Source of the DNA: a virus
DNA length: 64,000 bases
Direction: 5' to 3' (one strand)
Virus record (IMG/VR): IMGVR_UViG_3300032240_001151
Location: 26,113 to 90,112 of that record
The position numbers and the translations under genes were made by a program. Positions 20,308-29,655 of the stretch are shown piece after piece. Numbering within the stretch: the first letter of the stretch is position 1; each line of letters starts with the position of its first letter. The notes under the pieces were generated by a model that ran no database searches, had not been told where the DNA came from, and worked only from the letters and a program-made list of their open reading frames with translations.

Positions 20308-20607
20308 ATGATACAATATCAAGATTTTAAACTTAATTTTACAAATAATCACATGATTATAGAGCGTACTATAAAATGTACTATCAAAGATCATGAAATG
20401 AATTATAGCTATAATCCGTCATTACTTACATCCGGCAGTCAAGAAAACATGTTAGAATTTGCATCTGGATCTGATTTTATGCCATATGCAAGTACAATAG
20501 GTTTTTACAATGATGCTAATGATTTATTAATGGTAGCTAAATTCGCTCAACCGGTACCAATATCTCCAAGTACAGATACAAATTTCTTAATAAGAATGGA
20601 TATTTAA
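20308..20607 (+). CDS. Stand-alone tail-collar-like C-terminal domain
   Basis: NYSYNPS...PYASTIGFYNDANDLLMVAKFAQPVP parallels the C-terminus of the 8917 ORF. Confidence 0.65.
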   Translation: MIQYQDFKLNFTNNHMIIERTIKCTIKDHEMNYSYNPSLLTSGSQENMLEFASGSDFMPYASTIGFYNDANDLLMVAKFAQPVPISPSTDTNFLIRMDI

Positions 20608-20608
20608 T

Positions 20609-21043
20609 ATGTGGTTTTACAAAGGACAAGTTATAACAGACATCACACAATTCCCAGAAAATGCATACGGTTTTATATATAAGATAAAAAAGGTAGATGG
20701 TGAAAAATTTTATATAGGACGAAAGAATCTAATATCAGAACGTAGCAAACCTCTTACAAAAAAAGAATTATTAGAACATACTGGTAAAGGGAAAAAACCA
20801 ACTAAAAAGAAAGTAGTATCTGAAAGCGATTGGAAGACCTATTACGGCTCTAATGCTACGCTTAAGGCAGATATAAAGGAGTTAGGTAAAGAGGCTTTTA
20901 TCAGGGAGATATTGCACATATGTACCCATAAAAAACAGATGACATACCAAGAATTGAGGCATCAGATCATAAATGGGTGTTTAGAGTCTACAAACTGCTA
21001 TGTTGATAACATTCTCGGTAAGTTTTGGAGAAAAGATATTTAG
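20609..21043 (+). CDS. GIY-YIG family endonuclease
   Basis: GFIYKI...KFYIGRK, WKTYYGS, FIREIL, conserved E (TYQE) and N. Confidence 0.75.
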   Translation: MWFYKGQVITDITQFPENAYGFIYKIKKVDGEKFYIGRKNLISERSKPLTKKELLEHTGKGKKPTKKKVVSESDWKTYYGSNATLKADIKELGKEAFIREILHICTHKKQMTYQELRHQIINGCLESTNCYVDNILGKFWRKDI

Positions 21044-21054
21044 TTGTATCTTTG
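21024..21054 (+). promoter_or_regulatory. Bacteroidota sigma-A promoter (-33 TTTG, 19 nt spacer, -7 TATCTTTG)
   Basis: TTTG at 21024-21027 and TAnnTTTG at 21047-21054, directly before primase ATG. Confidence 0.6.
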
Positions 21055-21058
21055 ATGG

Positions 21059-22000
21059 ATGGAGAACATCCTTTCAGGTCTCATAGATCAAGTTTTAGGG
21101 TATGGTGAAAAAGCCACCAAGACCAACAGAAAATACCATTGTCCTTTTCCTGATTGTCCTACTCATGGTACATCTAAGAGAAAACTTGAGATAGACATTG
21201 TTACTGACTCTGAGGGCAATAATAGATGGGCGTGTTGGGTATGCGGAAATAAAGGACGTACTATAAGATCTTTATTTAGAAAGATAGGAGCTACATCTAG
21301 TCAGCTGAGAGATCTATCCACAATAATAGTAAGAACAGATAGGGAAGATCAGGATACCGCAGAGTTTGATGGAGTTTTGCCAGTTGAGTACAAGTTTCTA
21401 TTAGATGTTAAGAAGAGTGATATTCTTGCTAAACATGCAATGTTATATCTCAAGAAAAGGGGAGTTACCGAACAAGATATTATCAAGTACCAAATGGGGT
21501 ATTGTGAAGAAGGTCCATATGCAGAAAGGATTATAATGCCATCCTTTGACTCCTCTGGTAAGATAAACTTCTTTGTAGGTAGATCGTTTGACCCAGAAGT
21601 AAGATTAAAGTATAAATACCCCCAGGCTTCAAGGGATATTATCCCATTTGAGATGTATATTAATTGGAACGTACCTGTTGTTTTGTGTGAGGGAGGGTTT
21701 GATATGTTGGCTATTAAAAGAAACGCTATACCACTGCTAGGAAAGTCTATAACTCCAAAGCTTATGAAAAAGCTAGTAGAATCTAAAATACAAAAAGTAT
21801 ACGTAGCTTTGGACAAAGACGCCATAGCCATGGCTTTAAAACATTGTGAGACCTTAATGTCTTTAGGTAAAAAGGTATTTCTTGTAGAAATGGAAGATAA
21901 GGATCCCTCTTCTATGGGATTTGACGCATTTCTGTCTCTAATTCAACAGGTAGAACCCTTGACTTTTAATAAATTATTAAAATATAAAATGCTACTATAA
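21059..22000 (+). CDS. DNA primase (Zn-binding plus TOPRIM)
   Basis: CPFPDCPTH...WACWVC; YLKKRG; RIIMP; FFVGR; VLCEGGFD; ALDKDA; KDPS. Confidence 0.9.
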   Translation: MENILSGLIDQVLGYGEKATKTNRKYHCPFPDCPTHGTSKRKLEIDIVTDSEGNNRWACWVCGNKGRTIRSLFRKIGATSSQLRDLSTIIVRTDREDQDTAEFDGVLPVEYKFLLDVKKSDILAKHAMLYLKKRGVTEQDIIKYQMGYCEEGPYAERIIMPSFDSSGKINFFVGRSFDPEVRLKYKYPQASRDIIPFEMYINWNVPVVLCEGGFDMLAIKRNAIPLLGKSITPKLMKKLVESKIQKVYVALDKDAIAMALKHCETLMSLGKKVFLVEMEDKDPSSMGFDAFLSLIQQVEPLTFNKLLKYKMLL

Positions 22001-22548
22001 TGGAAAATAAGACAAATTTTTTGATACAACTAGATGAAACTCAGTACCAAACCCCAGATTTAACCAAGAAAGGAGTAGCTAAGGCAGCTACAAACATATA
22101 TACAGCTGTTATGGATGGTAATATGTCTGCTGTAGACATTGCTGTAATGTTAAAGTTTGTGGAAGAGACTGGAAAAAGTCTAAAAGAACTATCAGACGAT
22201 AATGGTAAGAATACTTTTGTAGATCTGGTAAGAGATGAGATAGAGAGAAATTCAGATGATGGAAAGACATTTAATACCAAACATGGGGTTAAATTTGAAT
22301 TATATGAGGCGGCTACCAAATTTGACTATGAGTCTTGTGGAGACCCTATCTGGAATAAGCTTAGTAAGGAATTAGAGCTTATTAAGGCTAAAATGAAAGA
22401 AAGGGAATCGTTTTTAAAGAGTCTAAAAGGTACTACAAATATGAATATCATAGACCCAGACACCTCTGAATTCCATGAAAACGTAGAGTTATACCCTCCA
22501 GCTAAGTCTTCTACATCCACGTATAAACAGACTATGATTAACGGATAA
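22000..22548 (+). CDS. Hypothetical phage protein
   Basis: 182 aa, coupled to primase; ATKFDYESCGDPIW...ERESFLK motif. Confidence 0.6.
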   Translation: MENKTNFLIQLDETQYQTPDLTKKGVAKAATNIYTAVMDGNMSAVDIAVMLKFVEETGKSLKELSDDNGKNTFVDLVRDEIERNSDDGKTFNTKHGVKFELYEAATKFDYESCGDPIWNKLSKELELIKAKMKERESFLKSLKGTTNMNIIDPDTSEFHENVELYPPAKSSTSTYKQTMING

Positions 22549-22554
22549 GTTCGA

Positions 22555-22562
22555 TATTTATA
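22555..22562 (+). promoter_or_regulatory. Putative late promoter TATTTATA
   Basis: Intergenic, before 22579. Confidence 0.55.
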
Positions 22563-22578
22563 ATAGTATCGAATAAAT

Positions 22579-23208
22579 ATGCAAGAACAACATCCGTGCT
22601 ATTATCCTGGAGAATTCGCACCTCCAACTAAAATGCATTTAAATGCTTTGTATTGGCTTTTAAATAGGCCAGAGATTAGTCATGTCCATGTGGTAATAGG
22701 AAAAGATAACGGTCTTATAAGTCAAGATCAAAAGGCTAAGATGTGGGAAATGTTGATGAAATCAAATTTTGCACCACAAGCTACTATAATAAAGTCAAAA
22801 GATAAAGGACCTCTTAGTGAAGTCCATTCAATATTCGAAGAAAAAAGCGATAAACCAGCTTACCTAGCTTTAGATGAGAAATCTGCAAGGCATAAGGGTC
22901 TGCAAAAGAAGTTTTCTAAATTCCCTTATTATGGGATGCAACTTCTTCCTTCTCAATTTTATAAATCGTCAGCAGCTTTACATCAAGCTGCCATAGACGG
23001 AGATAATGGAGCTGCCAAAGCAGAATTACCAGACGACTTCTCTGATGAACAAATTAATGAGTACATGAAATTACTCAGTAAACCGTCTATTTCAGATGAA
23101 CCTGTAGAAGAAAAATCACCTCTGATTAATTATAAAGAAGAATACACTAAGAAGTTCAGTGATGGATTTTGGAAAAGTGTGTTTGAACCAATAAACAAAG
23201 AAGATTAA
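22579..23208 (+). CDS. Cytidylyltransferase-like (HxGH superfamily) protein with degenerate motif
   Basis: YYPGEFAPPTKMH resembles PGxFxPPHxGH; later SSAAL...LP segment. Confidence 0.5.
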   Translation: MQEQHPCYYPGEFAPPTKMHLNALYWLLNRPEISHVHVVIGKDNGLISQDQKAKMWEMLMKSNFAPQATIIKSKDKGPLSEVHSIFEEKSDKPAYLALDEKSARHKGLQKKFSKFPYYGMQLLPSQFYKSSAALHQAAIDGDNGAAKAELPDDFSDEQINEYMKLLSKPSISDEPVEEKSPLINYKEEYTKKFSDGFWKSVFEPINKED

Positions 23209-23210
23209 AA

Positions 23211-23573
23211 ATGGAACAGTTTGGATTATTTATCGGAACACTAATGCAGTCTAGAAATCAGGCGCACATCTATCATTTACAAACAAAGTCTTTTGCAGAA
23301 CATAAAGCATTGCAAGAGTATTATGAAGGAATTATAGATCATATTGACGGTCTTGTTGAGACTTTTCAAGGAAGATATGGTATACTTTATGGATACCAAA
23401 TGGGAGGAACTATTAAAGAAGATGGAGGTACAATATTATATTTTCAAGCTCTTTGTAAATTTGTTGAAGGTATAAGATCTTCAATACCTCAAGATTCGTA
23501 TCTTCAGAATCAAGTAGATGAAGTAGTAGCTCTTATAGAATCAACTAAATACAAATTAGTAAATCTTAAATAA
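23211..23573 (+). CDS. Dps/ferritin-like protein
   Basis: AHIYHLQT..FAEHKALQEYYE...IDGLVE; LQNQVDE...STKYKL. Confidence 0.7.
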   Translation: MEQFGLFIGTLMQSRNQAHIYHLQTKSFAEHKALQEYYEGIIDHIDGLVETFQGRYGILYGYQMGGTIKEDGGTILYFQALCKFVEGIRSSIPQDSYLQNQVDEVVALIESTKYKLVNLK

Positions 23574-24166
23574 TGAAACTAAGAGACATATTCCTAGAAG
23601 CATTTGATGATTGTGGGTGTTCCGGAGAAAAACTTTCTGAAGGACTGCAGTATCACGTAGACAACGAAAGGCCTCTCACAGAGAATATCTATAGGCCTTT
23701 TTCTAAAAAGTATTTTGATCTGTTTAAAGAAGCTCGTGAACTTTATAAAAAAGGTCTTTTAGTTATTACTGAAGAAGAGGAGAAATTACTAGCTAATACA
23801 GATCTAGGAGAGTATGGATATTATAATGGAGTTAAAGTTCCGTTAGATTTCCCAATGAGCTTTGAACAAATTAATGAAATTAAGCACCAGGGGAAAGAAG
23901 TTCAATTAAATCACCCACATCGTGGAGGGGCTAAGAAATTTTACGTGTATGTAAGAAAACCAGGTGGAGGAATTAAAAAAGTATCTTTTGGGGATACCAC
24001 AGGTTTAAAAGCTAAGATCAACGACCCTAAGGCCCGTAAATCTTTTGCAGCAAGACATAAATGTGCACAAGCTAAGGATAAAACCATGGCTAACTACTGG
24101 AGCTGCAGACTACCAAGATATGCCAAAATGTTAGGAATTAAGTCAAGTTTTACAGGATATTGGTAG
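23573..24166 (+). CDS. Conserved phage protein with basic C-terminal domain; putative internal head protein
   Basis: KKFYVYV...KKVSFGD...ARKSFAARHKC...ANYWSCR; MKLRDIFLE leader. Confidence 0.6.
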   Translation: MKLRDIFLEAFDDCGCSGEKLSEGLQYHVDNERPLTENIYRPFSKKYFDLFKEARELYKKGLLVITEEEEKLLANTDLGEYGYYNGVKVPLDFPMSFEQINEIKHQGKEVQLNHPHRGGAKKFYVYVRKPGGGIKKVSFGDTTGLKAKINDPKARKSFAARHKCAQAKDKTMANYWSCRLPRYAKMLGIKSSFTGYW

Positions 24167-24175
24167 ATTTTAAAA

Positions 24176-24183
24176 TATTTATA
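24176..24183 (+). promoter_or_regulatory. Putative late promoter TATTTATA
   Basis: Intergenic, before 24203. Confidence 0.55.
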
Positions 24184-24202
24184 TACACAATTGTAAATAA
24201 AA

Positions 24203-26968
24203 ATGGCAAACAAAAACAAAGAGATTCAAGATCTTATTAAAAAAATTTTAAGAGAAGAGCTAAGCAATATAAAAAAAAGTCATGGTTCGTGGGAATATCA
24301 AGTAGGAGAATGGTTTATTAATCATTATCCAGATATAGCAGAAAAAATGGCGAAGCCGTATGATCAGGATTTAGGCCAATATGCTAAAGAAATAGGCACC
24401 AGAGTAATTTTCTTGGCTGCAGCGGCAACAGGAGTATTAGGAGTTGGGGCAATTACGGCTTATGATGCAATTAAAAGAAAACTAAAAGAAGCACATCTAG
24501 ACAGCTCAATAATGGGTCTGATACAAGATAAAATGAAAGACCCAAAAGTTGCTCAAATGGTTTTAAATAAAGCAAAACAAATAACAGGCAAGTCGCCAGA
24601 AGAACTAATCAAAGATCTACAAGGATCATTAAAAGAAGGAGAGTGGGAAGAAAAGAATAAACCAGAAACTTCTAAAACTTGGGAAAAGTTAAAATATGTA
24701 ATGGGCCAGTTAGGTTCTTACAAGGTTAACGGAAAGATGTTTGGAAAAAAGAAAGAACTAGCCGCAGCAGAAGCAAGAATAGAGGCTATTATTAATAAAG
24801 AAAGTAATAAGTTTATAAAAGATCTAGACACTCTTATTAAACAAACAAATAAGGAATTTCCAAATAACTTAAAAGCAGCTGATTTTTTAAGTATTGTTTT
24901 AAGCATATCTGCTTGTTATGATTCTATAGTTGATGCTACAAAAAAAGAAAATCTACCTATTGATGCTGCCAATGCTATAATCAATGATTTAAGAGAGTAT
25001 GTTAAATACATTCTAGATGCAAAATTAGCAGCAGCTTACTCAACTGTAGATGAGTCTAAAGATGGAATAACAGAAGAAGAGTATAAAAACATAGACGAAG
25101 CTTTTGGGTTAAATGAAGACCAAGCCGCAGACGTTAGAGCTCAGTTTGCAGCTAACAGAGCCGCAAGAAGCGGAGAAGAAGATAAAGCAGACTTTAAGAG
25201 TACCAAAATGGACACTCTTAAATCTAATAAACTACCAATGACTTTGTTGGGAGTTGGATCTGCATTAGGAGGATTTAGTTGGTTAGTAAACACAGAATGG
25301 TTTAAACACTTGTTTGATATAATAACTCCTGGGCATTGGACTCAAGACTTAGCTACAGAGTCAAAAGTACTGACCGATATCAAACCTGGAGAAGGCGTGT
25401 ATAAATTACTTGGAAGAGTAACACAGCATAAATTAGATGGTAATTCAAGCCCTACCGAATTTGTTAATTCTTTGAAGCAAATTGGTGGCGGAGATGCTAA
25501 TAAAGGAGTAGATCTTCTTTGTCAGAAAGGTGGTGTAATGATGAAGCCGGAAGAGGCTTCTAAAGGTCTTCATGAGTTCTTAAAAAATCCAAGTAAGTAT
25601 AAGAACATGAATGACTTGTTTCATGGATCAGCATCGGGAACAGGAAAATTGGTACCTACAAATACTACTTTATATGGTACAATAGCTGGTAAACAAATGG
25701 TTTCAATACTGACTAAAGTTATCCCTAAAGTATTTGTTAGAGGATCTATAAAAACAGGAGCTGGATATGCCATAGCTAAAGGATTAGGAGCTATATTAGG
25801 TCCTATAGGTGTTGGATTGCTTGGAGCGGGGGCTTTGGTTAAAATCATGAGGATTAAAGGTCAAAAAACATCTAGGGCAGCTACTTTAAATGCACTTTAT
25901 CAATCTTTAAGAAATATTCCTGGAGGCACTGTAATAGAGCCTGAAGGAGAAGTAGACACTAAAATACAAGTAGAACCCTCTCCAATAAACCCAGGTCCTA
26001 TAGATACTGCAACAGATAAAGGAACAAAAGAAAAAGGTAAAGGAGCTGGGGTATCTGCTAAAGAACCTAAAGGAGATAATGATGATTTGTACAATACATT
26101 AAAGAATGTATTTAAGTATATTGTTAATAGCAGAGATATGCTGGGAACAAGATCTGCAGATAATGTTGGAACTGGAGCAGCTACTAGGAGAGCTAAAGAA
26201 AAAGGAGAAAAACCATCATCCGAGCCTACTAATAAGCCATCTGTAACAGTTCCTGAAGGACCAACAATTAAAAAAGGAAGTGAGTTTAAAATTACAGGAC
26301 GTAATGGAAGAACAGCTGCGATTAGAGTAGTTAGTGTAAAAAAAGATGGTACAGTAGAAGTAGAGAGAACAGATGGGGGTAAAATTAAAAGTCCTATGAT
26401 AGCTAAGGATACATTAGTAAAAATGTATAAGTTAGCTCAAAAGAAAACCCTATCAGAAGGTAAATATATAACTGATAATGAAGTTTTAAATTATTTAGAA
26501 AAGAAACTATCTTATGATAAATTAAAATCATTTGAAAATTTAATCAAAAGAATAGAGCAACTTAGAAATAAAATTAGAAACGCAAAACAATCAAAAGATA
26601 AAGATTTTAATAGATTGGTAGATAAGTTTAAAGCTAATCCAATCATGGCTACTGATTTTCAAAGTTTGTTTGATGTATCGTCAGCCAATGAAAAAGATAT
26701 GGCATCTTTAAAAGCTTTGATAGACGATATTTTTGTAACAGTGTACTCAGGTAAGTTTGGAAGAGGAAACTTGATAGATAAGATGGCAAGTACTGCTGGA
26801 GGAAGTATAAATTCTATAAAAGAAAAGTACTATGGTGCTGATGATCCAAACAAATCTTTTGAAAAAGATGCACAATCAAGAGATAGATTAAAAAATAATT
26901 TAATAAACTTTTTACAAGACGCTATTAGGTTGTTTCAGCATATGTACAGTAGAAGAAGAAACGGATAA
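24203..26968 (+). CDS. Large putative internal head/ejection protein with Gly/Ala-rich hydrophobic helices
   Basis: 921 aa; segments VIFLAAAATGVLGVGAITAY, LLGVGSALGGFSWLV, GLGAILGPIGVGLLGAGALV; several L/I-x-E sites. Confidence 0.5.
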   Translation: MANKNKEIQDLIKKILREELSNIKKSHGSWEYQVGEWFINHYPDIAEKMAKPYDQDLGQYAKEIGTRVIFLAAAATGVLGVGAITAYDAIKRKLKEAHLDSSIMGLIQDKMKDPKVAQMVLNKAKQITGKSPEELIKDLQGSLKEGEWEEKNKPETSKTWEKLKYVMGQLGSYKVNGKMFGKKKELAAAEARIEAIINKESNKFIKDLDTLIKQTNKEFPNNLKAADFLSIVLSISACYDSIVDATKKENLPIDAANAIINDLREYVKYILDAKLAAAYSTVDESKDGITEEEYKNIDEAFGLNEDQAADVRAQFAANRAARSGEEDKADFKSTKMDTLKSNKLPMTLLGVGSALGGFSWLVNTEWFKHLFDIITPGHWTQDLATESKVLTDIKPGEGVYKLLGRVTQHKLDGNSSPTEFVNSLKQIGGGDANKGVDLLCQKGGVMMKPEEASKGLHEFLKNPSKYKNMNDLFHGSASGTGKLVPTNTTLYGTIAGKQMVSILTKVIPKVFVRGSIKTGAGYAIAKGLGAILGPIGVGLLGAGALVKIMRIKGQKTSRAATLNALYQSLRNIPGGTVIEPEGEVDTKIQVEPSPINPGPIDTATDKGTKEKGKGAGVSAKEPKGDNDDLYNTLKNVFKYIVNSRDMLGTRSADNVGTGAATRRAKEKGEKPSSEPTNKPSVTVPEGPTIKKGSEFKITGRNGRTAAIRVVSVKKDGTVEVERTDGGKIKSPMIAKDTLVKMYKLAQKKTLSEGKYITDNEVLNYLEKKLSYDKLKSFENLIKRIEQLRNKIRNAKQSKDKDFNRLVDKFKANPIMATDFQSLFDVSSANEKDMASLKALIDDIFVTVYSGKFGRGNLIDKMASTAGGSINSIKEKYYGADDPNKSFEKDAQSRDRLKNNLINFLQDAIRLFQHMYSRRRNG

Positions 26969-26971
26969 TCT

Positions 26972-27235
26972 ATGCAGGATAGACCTTACATAGAAACATA
27001 TAGTGAAGGTTGGTATGAAAGGGTTTTTAAAGCTGATGTTGACTCTGGGGAATTAAGGTGGCATAGGGATAGAGAGGATCGTGTAATTGAACCCATAGAA
27101 CCAACCGATTGGTTTTTTCAGAAAGACGGAGGACTTCCTATGAAAATAGAAGGTCAGATTCACATACCAATGGGAGAGTGGCATAGGGCTATAAAAGGTA
27201 CAGGAGATTTAAAAATAAAAATAAAAAAACTATAG
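26972..27235 (+). CDS. Small cupin-like protein
   Basis: WHRDREDR...IHIPMGEWHRAIKG. Confidence 0.6.
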   Translation: MQDRPYIETYSEGWYERVFKADVDSGELRWHRDREDRVIEPIEPTDWFFQKDGGLPMKIEGQIHIPMGEWHRAIKGTGDLKIKIKKL

Positions 27236-27237
27236 TT

Positions 27238-27816
27238 ATGTCAGATACAAAATTAAAGAAAGAGTTCAAAGAAAGGGACGTTCAACGTCTCCGAAACATT
27301 ATCACAAAAAAATATGGTAATGCCACTGGAATTCAAGTTGGTTATGAAAAACAAACAGAGGATAGGCTAGAAGGAGATGTGTGGGAAGAAAATGGTAAGA
27401 CATGGACTATAAAAGATGGTCTAAAGCAAACCGTTACTAAACTAGATGAAATAAAAAAGGCAACAAGGATGCCTTTATTATGCCCAAACTGTTCTCAGCC
27501 AATGAAAACATCTTTAGATAAAAGGATGTACCCAATTCATAAAACTTGTTTTAACTGTGTTGTTAGCATAGAAACTAAGTTGAAGATGGAAGGTAAATAC
27601 GAAGATTATGCTAGAAATATGGTTACTAAAAATATAGTAACACACATAGAAGAAGCAGAACAGTTTATAGAAGAGTTTGCTAGGAATACTGTAAAAGAAA
27701 CCTACGTAACTGAACAAGGGGATGTAGAACAGTGGGAAGGGGGTGTAGATAAAGAGAATTTAATAGAAAAATGGAAAGAAGGCCTTAAAGAAATGAAAGA
27801 AAGGCTAGAAAGCTAA
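27238..27816 (+). CDS. Hypothetical protein with Zn-finger-like Cys pairs
   Basis: CPNC...CFNC; GDVWEENGKTWTIKDG. Confidence 0.6.
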   Translation: MSDTKLKKEFKERDVQRLRNIITKKYGNATGIQVGYEKQTEDRLEGDVWEENGKTWTIKDGLKQTVTKLDEIKKATRMPLLCPNCSQPMKTSLDKRMYPIHKTCFNCVVSIETKLKMEGKYEDYARNMVTKNIVTHIEEAEQFIEEFARNTVKETYVTEQGDVEQWEGGVDKENLIEKWKEGLKEMKERLES

Positions 27817-27817
27817 A

Positions 27818-27825
27818 TATTTATA
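27818..27825 (+). promoter_or_regulatory. Putative late promoter TATTTATA
   Basis: Intergenic, before 27843. Confidence 0.55.
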
Positions 27826-27842
27826 CATATAAATAAAATAAA

Positions 27843-28475
27843 ATGAAACTCTCTGAAATTTTTAAAGAAGCTTTATTGGAGGCTAAAAAGAAAAAACCGT
27901 CTGCTGGATTGTCAAAAAAAGAAAAATCAGCAGTAGCAAAGAAAGCTAAAGCAGGTAAAGATATAGGTAAAAAAGGAAAAGGATTTGAAAAATTAGCATC
28001 TAAAGCAGCTAAGGAATATGGTTCCAAAGAAAAAGGAGAAAAAGTAGCAGCTGCTGCTATGTGGAAAAACATTAAAAGAGTTAAAGAAGGCGCTGATGGA
28101 GAAGATCATGAAGTTTCTATGGCTAAAAATAGTCTAGAATCTATAATTAAATCTGCTGTAGATCTTGCAAAGAAACTAGGAGATGATGAAAGAAATATCC
28201 CAGGATGGATCCAAGATCATATTACTAATGCTGAAAATTACATAGATCAAGCAGCTCAAGGTTTTCATGAGCTAGGAGGACACGGTGAAGATGAAGAAGG
28301 TGGAGAAGATCAAGGTATGATTGAACCTGTAGATGAAAAAAAACTTACAAAAGCTGAAAAGGCTAAGAAGGAAGATATAATAAAAGCAATGGCTAAGAAA
28401 GGTGGCGGTAAAGATAAAATGGGTCCAAAACAATATGCAATAGCTACTTCACAAGCTATAAAATCTGCGGAATAG
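27843..28475 (+). CDS. Lys-rich putative internal head protein
   Basis: MKLSEIFKEALLEA leader; very basic segments; DHEVSMA...PGWIQDHIT module. Confidence 0.55.
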   Translation: MKLSEIFKEALLEAKKKKPSAGLSKKEKSAVAKKAKAGKDIGKKGKGFEKLASKAAKEYGSKEKGEKVAAAAMWKNIKRVKEGADGEDHEVSMAKNSLESIIKSAVDLAKKLGDDERNIPGWIQDHITNAENYIDQAAQGFHELGGHGEDEEGGEDQGMIEPVDEKKLTKAEKAKKEDIIKAMAKKGGGKDKMGPKQYAIATSQAIKSAE

Positions 28476-29044
28476 TGAAACTACTAGACATACTAAAAGA
28501 GTTAGCAAAAGAAGAAAGTCCCAAAGTAAAATGTAAAAATTGCGGATGGGAGTGGGAAGTAAGTGAAGGAGGGGAAGATCCTAACATATGTCATAAGTGT
28601 GGAGAGGATATTAGATACCAAGTTATAACTGAAAAGTTATGTCCAAAGGGAAGGGCATATGCTGATAGAAGAATAGCTGCTGGAGAAAAACACTCTGCAT
28701 ATTTAATGGGAAGAGCTGTTCAAGTGTGTAACGGAGGAATAGGAAAAAAGAAAAAAGTAAAAAAAGAAGAAGCGGAAGAGCTAGAAGAGAGTTTACACAG
28801 CTGGTTTAATGAAGAAGAGTGGGTACGTATAGATACGGAAGGAAATATAACAGGTCCTTGTGGATCTATGAAAAAAGGTAAAGCAACTACAAGATGCCTC
28901 CCTAAAGCAAAAGCAGAAAAGTTATCTAAAGCAGAAAGAGCTGCTACAGCAAAAAAGAAAGTGGCAGGGTCAAAAAAAGGAAAACAGTTTGTGTCAAATA
29001 CAAAAAAAGCTAAGGTATCTTTTAAAAATAATAAGAGAAAGTAA
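28475..29044 (+). CDS. Basic Cys-containing putative internal head protein
   Basis: GTG start; MKLLDILKE leader; CKNCGW...CHKCG; WFNEEEWVRI...RCLPKAKA. Confidence 0.55.
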   Translation: MKLLDILKELAKEESPKVKCKNCGWEWEVSEGGEDPNICHKCGEDIRYQVITEKLCPKGRAYADRRIAAGEKHSAYLMGRAVQVCNGGIGKKKKVKKEEAEELEESLHSWFNEEEWVRIDTEGNITGPCGSMKKGKATTRCLPKAKAEKLSKAERAATAKKKVAGSKKGKQFVSNTKKAKVSFKNNKRK

Positions 29045-29655
29045 TGAATGGAGAGCTTATAATAGCCATAGTTACGGCTGTAACTACTTCAGTAGTGGGA
29101 CCAATTGTAGTGCATTATGTACAACAGTGGACAGAAAAAAAGAAAAAAGATCCTCTAGCAGAGTCTATTGAAGTCAATCAAATGATAACAAGTAAACTTG
29201 AACAAGTAAAGGTTGATAATAAGTGCGATAGAGTTTGGATGATTCAATTTCATAACGGAGGACATTTTTATCCTACAGGAAAATCAATACAAAAGTTTAG
29301 TATTGTATATGAAATATCTACAACTAATATCGTACAATGCCAAGGGCAGTTTCAGAATATACCGGTTAGTCTTTTTAGTAAATCTATAAATGCATTACAT
29401 AAGGGAAGCACTATATCAATACCAGATACTTCTATAGCTGATAAACAATTTGAAGGATTTACATCAGTAGTTCCTACAGCTAATGTAAAAAGTACTTATG
29501 TATTCCCTCTTTATAATATTAAAAATGAGTTTATAGCTATAGTAGGTATAGATTATACCGAAAAGAAAAAAGAGCTAAATGAAAAACAATTAGTAGATAT
29601 AGATTTAGAGTTATCAACTATAGGTGGAGTACTGCATAATTATTTAACTGTATGA
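29044..29655 (+). CDS. N-terminal TM plus GAF-like domain; possible T4 gpT-type holin
   Basis: Hydrophobic LIIAIVTAVTTSVVGPIVV; DRVWMIQFHNG...KSTYVFPLYNIKNEFIAIVGIDY GAF-like pattern. Confidence 0.5.
   Translation: MNGELIIAIVTAVTTSVVGPIVVHYVQQWTEKKKKDPLAESIEVNQMITSKLEQVKVDNKCDRVWMIQFHNGGHFYPTGKSIQKFSIVYEISTTNIVQCQGQFQNIPVSLFSKSINALHKGSTISIPDTSIADKQFEGFTSVVPTANVKSTYVFPLYNIKNEFIAIVGIDYTEKKKELNEKQLVDIDLELSTIGGVLHNYLTV

Noticed and set aside
20609-21043. GIY-YIG gene as an intron-encoded homing endonuclease
   Set aside because: Abuts both neighbours, leaving no room for intron RNA; no C-terminal DNA-binding repeats seen
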